Notes: generated from the sequence alone by a model not told the origin. Positions 36,012 through 46,907 are shown, numbered from the stretch's first letter. The stretch: DNA of 64,000 bases from an uncultured Chloroflexia bacterium (GCA_963739365.1 CAVUAG010000012.1:77921-141920); one strand, 5' to 3'. Translations and numbers: made by a program.

Positions 36012-37899
36012 GTGACCCCGCAGCTCGAGGCAACGCTCGCCGGCCTGCCCACCCGTCCGGGTGTCTACCTCATGCGCGACGCGCGCGGGACCGTTCTGTA
36101 CGTCGGCAAGGCCCAGAACCTGCGCAGTCGCGGGTACGGAGCTACTGGCAGCGCCAGGCAACCGGCGGCGGCAGCGTCGCCGGTGCCACCGGCCCCGGCG
36201 ACGTCCATCGGATCCGCGAGGTGATCGACAAGGTCGCCGACCTCGAGTACACGTTGACGGATTCGGTCTCGGAGGCGCTGCTCCTCGAGGCCAACCTCAT
36301 CAAGCGCTACCAGCCCCGCTTCAACGTCCGCCTCAAGGACGACAAGAGCTACCCGTACATCCGGATCACCCTCGGCGACGACTTCCCGCGCATCGAGCGG
36401 ACGCGCAAGCTCGTGAACGACGGCAGCCGCTACTTCGGCCCGTACGCCTCGGCCAGCAGCGTCGACGAGGCGATGAACCTGATCCGGCGCCTCTTCCCGT
36501 TCCGCACCTGCACGATCGACATCCGGGAGGGGGAGCGGGCCCTGCGGAGACCCTGCCTGCTCTACCACATCAAACGCTGCCAGGGCCCGTGCATCGAGGC
36601 CGTCTCGAAGGAGGCCTACCGCGCCGACGTCGCCCAGGTCGAGCTCTTCCTCGAGGGGCGGCAGGAGACGCTGGTCCGCGAGCTGCGCCGCGAGATGGAG
36701 GCGGCCTCCGGTCGGACCGACTACGAGCGCGCGGCGGCGATGCGGGACAAGGTGCGGGCGATCGAGCGGACGATGGAGGACCAGAAGATGGCCGCCTTCG
36801 CCCGTACGGAGCTCGACGTGCTGGGCCTGGCCCGGTCGGGCAACCAGGCGGCGGTCCAGGTCTTCGCCGTACGGGCCGGGAAGCTGGTCGGCCGCGACGT
36901 CTACGTGCTGGAGGCGCCGGGCGGGGCCACCGACGACGAGACGCTCGCCGGCGTTCGTGCTCCAGTACTACGCTCGCTCGACGTCGACCCCACCGGCGAT
37001 CCTGGCCCCGCTCCTCCCGGCCGAGGCCGCCGACCTGGAGGCGTTCCTCGCCGCCCGCCGCGGGCGCCGAGTGCGGCTGCTCGTCCCCGAGCGCGGCGAG
37101 AAGCGGCGCCTGGTCGACCTGGCGGGCCGCAACGCAGCCGACCACCTGGGGCGGGAGCAGGCGCGCTGGCTCGCCGACGACGGCAAGACGCTGGTCGCCC
37201 TCGAGGAGCTGGCCGCGGCCCTCGGGCTGGCCGGCCCGCCCCTGCGGATCGAGTGCTACGACATCTCGACGATCCAGGGCCGCGAGACGGTCGGGAGCAT
37301 GGTCGTCTTCGAGGACGGCCGGCCGCGGACCGGCGCCTACCGCCGCTTCCGGATCAAGGACGTCGCGGGCCAGGACGACTTCGCGAGCCACGCGGAGATG
37401 CTCCGCCGCCGCCTCTACCGGGGCAAGGCGGGCGAGGAGGGGAGCGCCGAGGAGCAGCGCTGGGCCCTCCCGGACCTGATCGTCGTGGACGGCGGCAAGG
37501 GCCAGCTGGCCGCCGACGTGGCGGTGCTGCGCGAGCTCGGGCTCGACGAGATCCCGATCGCCGGGCTGGCCAAGGAGCGCGAGGAGCTCTTCCTGCCCGG
37601 GCGCCCGGACCCGGTGATCCTTCCCCCGACCTCGTCCGCGCTCTACCTGGTCCAGCGGATCCGCGACGAGGCCCATCGCTTCGCCATCACCTACCACCGC
37701 GACCTGCGCCGGCGGGCGGCGGTGAAGAGCGCCTTCGACGACCTGCCCGGCGCTGGGCCCGGTGCGCCGGCGCGCGCTGCTGCGCACGTTCGGGTCGGCC
37801 AAGCGCGTCCGGGAGGCGCCGGTCGAGCAGGTGGCGGCCGTGCCGGGCATCGGTCCCGTGCTGGCGGCCCGGATCAAGGAGCACCTCGAGGCGGGGTGA
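36012..37899 (+). CDS. uvrC: excinuclease ABC subunit C (three frame breaks)
   Basis: GTG 36012 lies 6 nt after CAGAAT (36000-36005). The GIY-YIG N-terminus [24 protein letters not shown] is in the frame of ORF 35637..36224. Next come [40 protein letters not shown] and the UVR domain [15 protein letters not shown] (35843..37999). The endonuclease domain [12 protein letters not shown]...[11 protein letters not shown]...[12 protein letters not shown] is in 36957..38690. The HhH tail [47 protein letters not shown] is in a third frame and ends at TGA 37897-37899. Breaks lie near 36125, 36955 and 37745. Confidence 0.9.
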
Positions 37900-37927
37900 C
37901 CCGGGCGGGCGAGCCCGCCCGGTCACC
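37895..37927 (+). terminator. hairpin overlapping the uvrC stop codon
   Basis: ggtga-c-ccgggcggg (37895-37909) pairs with cccgcccgg-tcacc (37914-37927): 14 bp with one bulged C and a 4-nt loop. Confidence 0.4.
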
Positions 37928-37974
37928 GAGCGGCCGAACGTCTCGGGCGGGAACGGTGGTAGCATCCCCGGCCG

Positions 37975-39358
37975 ATGCGCCAATTCACCCCCGCACTGAT
38001 CCTGGTGGTCCTTGGGGCCGCCCTCATCATCAACTTCTGGCCCAACCTGACGCTGCCCGGCATGGGGCCGGAGGGCGAGAGCCGCGTGGTCGAGACGAAG
38101 CTCGGCCTCGATCTCGTCGGCGGCCTCCAGGTCGAGTACCAGGCCCTGCCTGCCGGTGGCAAGTCGCCGGACGCTGCGGCGATGGCCACGACGAAGCAGA
38201 TCGTCGAGAACCGGGTCAACAGCACGGGCGTGGTCGAGCCGATCGTCCAGACCCAGGGAAGCGACCGGATCGTCGTCGAGCTCCCCGGCGTCAACGACCC
38301 GGATCCCATCCGCAAGCTGCTGGGTCAGACGGGACGCCTCGACTTCATCCCGCTCCCGGTCGAGCGCTACGGAAGCGGGGCGAACCCCGGCCCGAACGCC
38401 GCAGCCCAGGGGCAGCCCCTGCCCACCGAGGAGGTCCCCCTCTTCTCGGGCGACCAGGTGGACCAGGCCTTCGCGAGCACGGACTCGAACGGCGCGCGAG
38501 CGGTCGGCTTCCGGCTCAAGGAGCGAGGGCGGCCAGCTCTTCGGCGACTACACGACCAACAACGTCGGCAACTTCTTCGCCATCGTGCTCGACGGGTTCG
38601 TCGTCTCCGCGCCCGGTCATCCAGAGCGCGATCACGGGTGGCGAGGGGATCATCACGGGGGCACGAGCGGCTTCTCGGCGACCGAGATGAACAACCTCAT
38701 CACGGTCCTGTCCTACGGCTCGCTGCCGTACCCGCTCCAGGAGATCGGCTTCCAGACGATCGGCGCGACGCTGGCCGGCTTCTCGCTGGACAGGATCATC
38801 CTGGCCGGCCTCATCGCGATCGCCCTGATCTTCCTGTTCATGCTCGTCTACTACCGGCTGCCCGGGCTCGTCGCCTGCCTGGCGCTGATGTACTACGCAC
38901 TCGTGGTGCTCGCGATCTTCCGGCTGATCCCGGTGACGCTCACCGTTGCCGGAATCGCCGGCTTCGTGCTCTCGATGGGCATGGCGGTGGACGCGAACGT
39001 GCTCATCTTCGAGCGGATGAAGGAGGAGCTGCGGGGTGGCAAGTCGCTCCCCGCGGCGATGGAGGCGGGCTTCAACCGGGCCTGGAACTCGATCCTCGAC
39101 TCGAACGTGTCGAGCCTGATCACGGCCTCGATCCTCTACGTCTTCGGGTCGCCGACCATCCGCGGCTTCGCCCTCGTCCTGATCATCGGCATCCTCGTCT
39201 CGATGTTCACGGCGATCACGGTCACTCGGACCATGCTTCGCTACATCGTCCCGAAGGAGTGGGCCCGCAAGCCGCGCCTGTACGGCCTGAGCGAGGAAGA
39301 GTTCGTCGGCGCCCGCGGTCGCGTGGTGGTCCGCGGGGAGGCCCGCTCCCGTGCGTGA
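37975..39358 (+). CDS. secD: protein translocase subunit SecD (three frame breaks)
   Basis: The N-terminal TM and P1 domain are in ORF 37975..39612 (LGLDLVGGLQVEY...IVENRVNSTGVVEPIVQTQGSDRIVVELPG). FGDYTTNNVGNFFAIVLDGFVVSAP and the whole TM bundle (LPGLVACLALMYYALVVL...GMAVDANVLIFERMKEE...) are in 38156..39358. A short VIQSAITGGEGIITG stretch is in the frame of 36957..38690. Breaks lie near 38525, 38615 and 38660. Confidence 0.9.
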
Positions 39359-40565
39359 CATCGTCGGGAAGCGGAACTGGTACTTCGCCTTCTCGCTCGC
39401 GCTCACGATTCCCGGGATCATCTTCATCCTGCTCGGCCCCCTCACGGGCGGCCAGGCGGGCCTCCAGTTCTCCATCGACTACACCGGCGGCACGAAGTGG
39501 GAGATCCGCTTCGACGACGTGTCCGTCACGCCGGACCAGGTCAAGGCGGTCCTGGTGGCCGAGGGCTACGGTGACTCGACCGTCCAGACGACGTCGAACG
39601 ACTTTCTCCTGATCCGCACCGAGCCGATCGGGTTCGTCGACACGCTGGCCCTCAGCTCCCCGAGTCCGGCTCCGTCCGCCGGTGCCTCCGCCGCCCCATC
39701 GGGCAGCCCGGCTCGGCCGTGCCTCGGCTCGCCTGCCCCGTCCGGCAGCCCGGCTCCCTCGGCGAGCGCCGGCACGTCTCCCGCCCCGAGCGGCTCCGCG
39801 GCACCGACGCCCGTCGTCGCGACCCCCGGCCCGAGCTTCCCGGCCAGCCTGCCCCCCGCGTCGTTCGTCCCGCCGACGCCGGCCCCGCCCGGACAGGTCA
39901 CGCGGACCGGCGAGATCGGCGTGCTGGCCACGGCCCTCGAGGACGAGTTCGGGCCGATCGAGTCGCAGCGCCAGCTGACCACCATCGGCCCCATCATCTC
40001 GGCCGAGCTGACCCAGCAGGCCATGATCCTCGTGCTCATCGGCTCGATCGGGATCCTGCTCTGGATGACCTTCCGCTTCCGCGACTTCCGGTTCGGGGCG
40101 ACCGCGCTCGTGGCGCTGCTCCACGACGTGATCGTGGTTGTCGGCGCGTTCGCGATCCTCGGGACGCTCTTCGGGCTCGAGGTCGACGGGCTCTTCGTCA
40201 CCGCGATGCTGACGATCATCGGCTTCTCGGTCCACGACACGATCGTGGTCTACGACCGGATCCGTGAGAACCGCTCCCGCCATGCCGGCGAGCGCTTCAG
40301 CAGCATCGTCAACCACTCGATCCTGCAGACGGTGGCCCGCTCGATCAACACGAGCCTCGTCGTGACCCTGGCCCTCCTGGCGCTCTTCCTGTTCGGGGGC
40401 GACTCGATCCGGCCATTCATCCTGGCCCTTCTGATCGGGATCATCTCGGGCACGTACTCCTCGATCTTCAATGCCGCGCCGCTCCTGACTGTCTGGGAGG
40501 AGTGGGAGGCGCGCCGCAAGGAGCGCGCCAACCCTGGTCGCCCGGTGCGTCGCGCCTCGGCGTGA
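39351..40565 (+). CDS. secF: protein translocase subunit SecF with Pro/Ala/Ser-rich insertion
   Basis: ORF 39351..40565 (404 aa, intact), overlapping secD by 8 nt. It has the SecF N-terminus (KRNWYFAFSLALTIPGIIFIL, LQFSIDYTGGT) and the TM bundle (HDVIVVVGAFAILG...FSVHDTIVVYDRIREN...). An 81-aa low-complexity insert lies at 39654-39896. Confidence 0.9.
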   Translation: MRDIVGKRNWYFAFSLALTIPGIIFILLGPLTGGQAGLQFSIDYTGGTKWEIRFDDVSVTPDQVKAVLVAEGYGDSTVQTTSNDFLLIRTEPIGFVDTLALSSPSPAPSAGASAAPSGSPARPCLGSPAPSGSPAPSASAGTSPAPSGSAAPTPVVATPGPSFPASLPPASFVPPTPAPPGQVTRTGEIGVLATALEDEFGPIESQRQLTTIGPIISAELTQQAMILVLIGSIGILLWMTFRFRDFRFGATALVALLHDVIVVVGAFAILGTLFGLEVDGLFVTAMLTIIGFSVHDTIVVYDRIRENRSRHAGERFSSIVNHSILQTVARSINTSLVVTLALLALFLFGGDSIRPFILALLIGIISGTYSSIFNAAPLLTVWEEWEARRKERANPGRPVRRASA

Positions 40566-40687
40566 CTCCCGCCGCACCTGCGACCGGCGCCATGGGGCGC
40601 AGTGCCGACGCGACGTCCCGGCGCGCGACAGCTGGAGCCCCGACGTCCGTTAAGTCACAGGCAAGCGGCCCGTGCCATGCTGTGCCG

Positions 40688-42456
40688 ATGCTGACTCCGC
40701 GCTACCGGTGGCGCTACCCGGACCGAACGCGGCCCGACGCGGCGTTCCTCGCGGCGGTGGAGGCGCACGGTGGCTCGTCGCTCGTCGCCACGGTCCTCGC
40801 CCGGCGCGGCGTCGCAGCCGGTGACGTGGACGCCTACTTCGGGCCGCCGGCCCTCGGCCTCCACGACGCCACGCTGCTCCCGGACGCGGCCGTCGTCGTG
40901 GCGCGCGTGGCACGGGCCCGCGAGCGCGCCGAGCGCGTGCTGGTCGTCGGCGACTTCGACGCCGACGGCCTGACGGGCCTCGCGATCCTCGTGACGGCGC
41001 TCCGTCGGCTGGGGCTGGACGTGGCCACGCACGTGCCGAGCCGCGTCGACGAGGGCCACGGGCTCTCGCTGGAGGCCGTGGCGGCGGCGCGCGCGGGCGG
41101 CCGCACGCTCCTCTTCACGGTCGACACGGGATCGTCCAGCGTCGCCGAGGTGGCGGCCGCCGGGCTCGACGGGATCGACGTGATCATCACGGACCACCAC
41201 CGCGTCCCCGAGGTCGCGCCCGCGGCGCACGCCCTCGTGAATCCGCACCGATCGGACGCCGTCTACCCGGATCGACGGCTGGCGGGCAGCGGCGTCGCGC
41301 TCAAGGTGGCGGCGCTGCTCCTCGGACGAGATCGCGGGCGTCCCGGCGATCACCACGGTCGCCGAGCTGGCCGACCTGGCCGCGATCGGGACGGTGGCCG
41401 ATGTCGCGCCGATCCTCGGCGAGAACCGCTCGATCGCCCGGCTCGGCCTCGAGCGGCTGCGGACGGCGCCGCGGCCCGGGATCGCGGCGCTGCTCGCCTC
41501 GGCGCGCGTGGATCCGGCCTCGGTCACCCTCGAGACGATCGCCTTCGTCATCGCCCCCCGCCTGAACGCGGCGGGCAGGGTGGGGGAGGCGGACGATGCC
41601 GTGGCTCTCCTCCTGGCCGAGACAGCCGAGGAGGCCGCTGTCGGCCGCAGCGGCCCTCGAGACCGCCAACGTCCTGCGTCGCGATGTCACGAAGACGGCG
41701 GTCGCCGAGGCCCGCGCGCTTCTCGCGGACGAAGACCCTGACCTTCCCGCCGTTCTCGTACGCGGGCCCTGGCCGGCCGGCGTCGTCGGGCTCGTGGCGG
41801 CCCGCCTGGCCGAGGAGCGCGGCCGCCCGGCCGTCGTGGCTGCCGAGCTGGAGGACGTGCTGCGCGCCTCGTGCCGGGCGCCCGAGGGCTACGACCTGGC
41901 GGCCACCCTCGCGGCGTGCGCCGATCTCCTCGTCCGTCACGGCGGGCACCGGGGCGCGGCCGGCCTCGAGGTGCGGGCCGACCGCTGGGACGCGTTCCGG
42001 GCGCGCTTCCTCGACCTCGTGAGCGCCGGCGCACCGCTCGACCGGCGCCCCGAGCTCGTGCTCGACCTCGCGCTCCCGGCGCGTGCGGCCGACTACCGCC
42101 TCCTCGAGCACCTCGCCGTCCTGGCTCCGACGGGACCGGGGAACCCGGACCCTCTCGTCGGCGTCCACGGTCTCACCGTGACCCGCGTCCGGGCCGCCGC
42201 CGGCGGCCATGCCCAGCTGACCCTTCGCCGCGACCTCGACGTCGTCGACGCGATCGCATTCGAGCGGGGCGACCTCGCCGAATCGATCCACGAGGGTGAC
42301 CGGATCGACATTGCCGGCCGGCTCGGCAGCCGCCGCTTCGGCGGGTATGAGTCGCTCCAGCTCGTGATCGTGGACGCGGCGCCGGCCCGGGACATGACCC
42401 CTGCCCACGGGACCGGCCGCCGCCCGCGACGCGGGCACGCCCGCGGTGGCCGGCTG
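40688..42456 (+). CDS. recJ: single-stranded-DNA-specific exonuclease RecJ (two frame breaks; 3' end uncertain)
   Basis: ATG 40688 lies in ORF 40502..42022. DHH motifs seen: VLVVGDFDADGLTG, FTVDTGSS and IITDHH. AAIGTVADVAPILGENRS and APRLNAAGR are in 41394..41741. The DHHA1 and OB regions are in 41596..43143 (RGPWPAGVVGLVAARLAEE..., HGGHRGAAG). Breaks lie near 41330 and 41640. No in-frame stop precedes the next gene. Confidence 0.8.
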
Positions 42457-43714
42457 ATGGCGCGACGCTCCCCGTCGGGCCGCGGAGGCCGGCCCGCCCG
42501 CCGCACCACCGGGGACCCGTACGGGCTGGCAGCGGCGCGGCCGTTCCTGGCCCCGCTCCTGTCCGTTGCGGGGCTCGCGATCGCCGGCATCCTGACGCTG
42601 GCGCTCCTGACCGGCAACCTGCCCTTCCTGCCGTCGCGCAACGCGGGCGGCGGCCAGGGCGACCCTGGCTCGGGTGGAGTCGTGGTGCCCGGACGCACGC
42701 CGTCCCCCAGCGCGCCGCCGGTGGTGAACCCCGAGGTCGCGATCGACGGGAGGCTCGTCTACGCGAAGGCCGGCAATCTCTGGATCCAGGAGGGGACGGA
42801 CACCCGCCGTCTCACCGAGCACCGGCCGCGACGCGCAACCCGCCTGGTCGGCCGACGGGACCTGGATCTACTTCATCGAGACGCGCCAGACCAACGGGCG
42901 GTTCACCGTGGCGGGGTTCGAGCGCTACTACGACCTCCGCTACCCGATCCTCACGAGGATCCACCCGGACGGCTCCGGCCGGGAGGCCCTCCTCTCGGGC
43001 CTCTACCGGCGTGGCTCGACGGGCCGCCAGACCTGGTTCTACTTCCTGCGCGACCCGGCAGTCCGCCCCGACGGGCTGGAGCTGGCCCTCGTCTCGGACG
43101 GCCCCGACCCGACGACCTCGAACATCGTCCTGCAGACGTATGACATCGAGAAGGAGGTCCTGGCGAAGGTCGGCGTCCCCGAGCAGGCTCCGCTGGGTCA
43201 CCAGAACCCGACCTGGAGCCCGGATGGCAAGTTCATCCTCTACGTCAAGAACGGTCGACAGGCCGACCGCGGGCTGCCGACCCTCTGGCGCTACCAGGTC
43301 GCGTCCGAGAAGACCGTTCCGCTGACGGGGCCGGGCTACACCCACCCGTCCTACTCCCCGGACGGGCGGCGGATCGTGGCCACCAAGACCACGAGCCTGG
43401 GCACGGACATCGTCGTCCTCGACGCCCGCAACGGCAATGAGCTCCTGCGCGTGACCTCGAACGGCCAGTCGTGGGGCGGCGCTTGGTCGCCGGACGGCAC
43501 GCAGATCGCCTTCCTGCGGCTCGCGGGGGCCACCGTCGACCTGTACGTCGCGACGCTCGAGCGCGCGACCGGCGGCGGGCTGGCGGTGAAGGAGACGGAA
43601 CCGCTCACCGAGTTCAGCGGGCTCGACGCCGAGAGCCGGCCGGCGTGGTGGGGCCCGCGACCCTCGCCGGAGCCCTCGGCATCGCCGGCAGCGTCGCCGA
43701 GCACGCCCCCGTGA
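42457..43714 (+). CDS. membrane-anchored TolB-like beta-propeller protein (PD40/WD40-like repeats; one frame break)
   Basis: ATG 42457 opens with a basic N-terminus and a TM helix (PFLAPLLSVAGLAIAGILTLALL). The propeller repeats are AWSADGTWIYF, VRPDGLELALV, PTWSPDGKFILY, PSYSPDGRRIVA and GAWSPDGTQIAF (ORF 42908..43714). The break is near 42818. Confidence 0.7.
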
Positions 43715-44588
43715 CCGAGCCCTACCTCGCCCGCCTCGCGCGGCGTTCGCGTGACGTCGGGACCGTCCTCTGCGTCGGGATCGACCCGACCCCGGAGATG
43801 CTGCCCGACGGCTGGCCGACGGGCCTCGCCGGGATCGAGCGCCTGGCGCGCCTGGTCGTGGAGGCGGCAGCGCCGTACGCGGCGGCCGTCAAGCCGAACC
43901 TCGCCTTCTTCGAGGCCTACGGCAGCGCCGGCGTGGCCGCGCTGGAGCGGGTCCTGGCAGCGGTCCCCGCGGGGGTCATGGTCGTGGCGGACGCGAAGCG
44001 GGGTGACGTGGAGACGACCGTCGCCCGGCAGGCCGCCGCCCTGTTCGACGCGCTCGGAGCGGATGCCGTGACCGTCAACCCGTACCTCGGGCTCGGCGCC
44101 CTGCGAGGCGTTCGTCGAGCGGACCGATCGCTACGCCTACGTCCTGTGCCGGACCTCGAACCCGGGCGCGGGTGAGCTGCAGGACCTCGTCGTCGGCGCG
44201 GACGCGGAGCTCGGCGCGCCCGCCGAGGCGCTCCATCGGCGGGTGGCGCGCCGCGTCGCAGCAGCGGGCCTCGAGGAACGCGCCGGCCTGGTCGTGGGCG
44301 CCACGGCGCCGGCGGAGCTGGCCGGGATCCGGGAGCTGGTGCCGAACCTCGGCTTCCTCGTTCCCGGCGTTGGCACTCAGGGCGGCGACGCTGCGCCGGT
44401 GCTGGCCGCAGGCCCCGCGACGGCGGGCCCGGCCGGATCGGGTGCCGGCGGCGGGCTTCTCGTCAACGTCTCGCGGGGCATCTCCGCCGCCGCCCGGAGC
44501 GGGCCGGAGGGCGCTCCGGGGCGACCCCGGGGAGCGCCTCGCGGAGGCGGCACGCCGCTGGGCGGCCACCCTCCCTGTGCTATCGTAG
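43711..44588 (+). CDS. pyrF: orotidine 5'-phosphate decarboxylase (two frame breaks)
   Basis: GTG 43711 forms a GTGA overlap with the preceding stop. LCVGIDPTPEML, KPNLAFFEAYG and VVADAKRGDVETT are in the frame of ORF 43471..44175. YVLCRTSNPGAGELQDL and FLVPGVGTQGGD are in the 44243..45106 frame. The end ...RWAATLPVLS is in 44172..44588. Breaks lie near 44100 and 44530. Confidence 0.8.
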
Positions 44589-44656
44589 CCCGGCCCCGCG
44601 AGGTCGCCGGCGCCTGCGACGAGGCTGCGTCAACCGCCACCCTGAGGTCGAATTCC

Positions 44657-45119
44657 ATGCCGAACATCGGCCCGGTCGAGCTGATCATCATCCTCGTGAT
44701 CGCCCTCCTCATCCTGGGCCCCGGCCGCCTTCCGGACGTGGGTTCCGCCCTCGGGAAGAGCATCCGCGAGTTCCGCAAGGCGGCCACCGACGTCCAGGAC
44801 TCCGTGAAGCTCGACGCTCCACCGGCGGCACCCGCGGCACCGGCGGCACCCGCGGCAGCCGAGACACCCGCGGCCACGCCCACGGTCGCGGCCGCCACCG
44901 CCGCGGCACCGAACACGCTCGCCGACGCCGCCCTGCCGAACACGCTGGTGGCGCCCACGTCGCGCCGGCCGTCGAGTCCGTCGCGGCCGCACCGGCTCCC
45001 GCCGCCCGCAGACGGCCGCCGAGCCCGACCCAGCCGCCCCCGCGCCCGCGCCGGAGCCCGTCGTCGCTGCCGCCCCCGCCCCCGAGGCCACCGCCGCGAG
45101 CCCTGAGACCCCGGCCTGA
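44657..45119 (+). CDS. tatA: twin-arginine translocase subunit TatA/E with long Ala/Pro-rich tail (3' end uncertain)
   Basis: ATG 44657 lies in ORF 44243..45106. MPNIGPVELIIILVIALLILGPGRLPDVGSALGKSIREFRKA is the TatA TM helix plus amphipathic helix. The tail is low complexity. An alternative frame reads ...PQTAAEPDPAAPAPAPEPVVAAAPAPEATAASPETPA and ends at TGA 45117-45119. The track frame ends at 45106. Confidence 0.75.
44822..44857 (+). repeat. perfect 2 x 18-nt tandem duplication inside the tatA tail
   Basis: ccggcggcacccgcggca occurs at 44822-44839 and again at 44840-44857. It encodes PAAPAA twice. Confidence 0.9.
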
Positions 45120-45139
45120 CGCCGCCGGACCCGCCCGTC

Positions 45140-45947
45140 ATGACCGACGCCGACCTGCCCCTCGACGGCGGGCCGCGCCCCCGATCCCGTCTGCTGGCCA
45201 TCACTCTTCCGTCACCGGTCGCGGGCGAGCCACCGCCCGCGTCGGAGGCGGCGGTCATGCCGCTCTTCGACCACCTCGCCGAGCTGCGTCGCCGGATCGC
45301 GATCTCGCCTCCTCGCCGTCGCTGTCGGGACGATTGCGGGCTTTGCGTTCGGCCAGCAGATCATCGAGGTGCTCAAGGCACCCTACGGCGACGCGCCCCT
45401 GCTCCTGCTCTCCCCGGGTGAGGGGTTCTTCATCTCGCTGAAGATCTCGATCGTCGTGGGGATCGTCCTGGCGATGCCGATCATCCTCTTCCAGCTGTGG
45501 CGATTCGTCTCGCCCGGCCTCACGACCGATGAGCGCCGGATGGCCCGCCCCTGGGTTCCCCTCGCGCTGGTGTTCTTCGTGGCCGGCGTCGCCGTCGCCT
45601 ACTTCGTGCTGCCCTTTGCCATCGGCTTCCTGTCGAGCTTCGGGACCGGCGACCTCCCGCTCGAGAACGCCTGGACGGCCGAGGGCTACTTCGGCTTCGT
45701 GGCCACGATGTTCCTCGGGTTCGGGCTGGTGATGGAGTACCCGATCGTGCTCGTCCTGCTCTCGAAGGTGGGGATCGTGACGAGCGCCCGCCTCAAGTCG
45801 TCGCGGCGCTACGTGGTCATCGTCTTCGCGATCGTCGCGGCCATCGCCACGCCGGGGGGCGACATCATCAGCCCGTTCGTCCTGGGCCTGACGATGTATG
45901 CCCTCTACGAGCTCTCGATCGTCCTCGTCAGGGCCGGCGGGCACTGA
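45140..45947 (+). CDS. tatC: twin-arginine translocase subunit TatC (one frame break; conserved part starts at ATG 45257)
   Basis: MPLFDHLAELRRRI (ATG 45257, in ORF 45140..45421) is the usual TatC N-terminus. After a break near 45305, ORF 45369..45947 carries the six-TM body (FFISLKISIVVGIVLAMPIILFQLWRFVSPGL...ATPGGDIISP...). ATG 45140 is an alternative upstream start. Confidence 0.85.
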
Positions 45948-45967
45948 GCGCGCGGTAGACTCCACGC

Positions 45968-46903
45968 ATGGGCCCAACGAGACGGCCGAGCGGGACGCAT
46001 TCCCACGGCGCGGACGACCGGGGTGGCGAGGACGGCGCGCAGCACGTCGTGATCCTCTCCGGCCTCTCCGGGTCGGGCAAGACCGCGGCGACGAAGCTCT
46101 TCGAGGACCTGGGCTACGTCTGTGTCGACAACCTGCCCGGCGAGCTGCTGCCCGACCTGGCCGACCTGATCGCCCGTGAGCCGGAGCGCTTCGAGCGCGT
46201 GGCGATCGTCCTTGACGCGCGCGCCGGTGACGTGCCCGCTCGTCTTCGCGGCGATGCGCGGCGCGCTCGAGGGACGCGGCATCCGGCCCCAGGTGTTCTT
46301 TCTCGAAGCCCGCGACGAGGTCCTGATCCGGCGCTACTCGGAGACCCGCCACCGGCACCCGCTCGAAGGCTCGTCAGGCGATCGCGGCCGGCATCGCGCG
46401 AGGAGCACCGGATCCTCGAGACGGTCCGGGCCGACGCGGACGTCATCCTCGACACGTCCGAGATGTCCCTGCGCGAGCTGCGCGAGCGGATCTTCGCCCA
46501 GCTCTGGCACGTGGTGGCGCCCGATCAGCTGTCCATCCAGCTCGTGACCTTCGGCTACAAGTTCGGGATCCCGCTCGAGGCGGACCTCGTCTTCGACGTC
46601 CGGTTCCTGCAGAACCCGTACTACGTGCCCGAGCTGCGCCGTCTCTCCGGCCTGACCGACGGCGTGCGGTCCCACGTCCTGGGCCAGCCGCTCGCGCGCC
46701 GATTCCTGGACGGGGTCCAGGACCTGCTGGAGCTGACGATCCCGGCGTACGTCGACGAGGGGAAGACGCGCCTGACGATCGCCATCGGCTGCACGGGCGG
46801 CTACCACCGCTCCATCGCCCTCGCGGAGGAGCTGGGCGCATGGCTGGCCGAGCGGAAGTACGGCCCGGTCAGCATCTTCCATCGCGAGCTGGAACGCCGG
46901 TGA
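45968..46903 (+). CDS. rapZ: RNase adapter / nucleotide-binding protein RapZ (YvcJ family); two compensating frame breaks
   Basis: ORF 45968..46903. Motifs seen: P-loop VVILSGLSGSGKTAATKLFEDLGYVCVDNLP, FGYKFGIPLEADLVFDVRFLQNPYY and IAIGCTGGYHRSIALAEEL. The middle segment (LVFAAMRGALEGRGIRPQVFFLEARDEVLIRRYSETRHRHPLEG) is only readable in the frame of ORF 46176..46547, with breaks near 46235 and 46375. TAGACT at 45956-45961 lies 6 nt before the ATG. Confidence 0.85.
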   Translation: MGPTRRPSGTHSHGADDRGGEDGAQHVVILSGLSGSGKTAATKLFEDLGYVCVDNLPGELLPDLADLIAREPERFERVAIVLDARAGDVPARLRGDARRARGTRHPAPGVLSRSPRRGPDPALLGDPPPAPARRLVRRSRPASREEHRILETVRADADVILDTSEMSLRELRERIFAQLWHVVAPDQLSIQLVTFGYKFGIPLEADLVFDVRFLQNPYYVPELRRLSGLTDGVRSHVLGQPLARRFLDGVQDLLELTIPAYVDEGKTRLTIAIGCTGGYHRSIALAEELGAWLAERKYGPVSIFHRELERR

Positions 46904-46907
46904 CCCG

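Noticed and set aside
41596-43143. A genuine RecJ/TolB-like fusion protein, suggested by the single 515-aa ORF.
   Set aside because: The ORF itself needs a frame break at about 42818. The junction has an ATG with a basic N-terminus and TM helix typical of an independent protein, and a TGA abuts that ATG in another frame. A missed indel is the simpler explanation. I kept it as a low-interest finding only so it gets checked.
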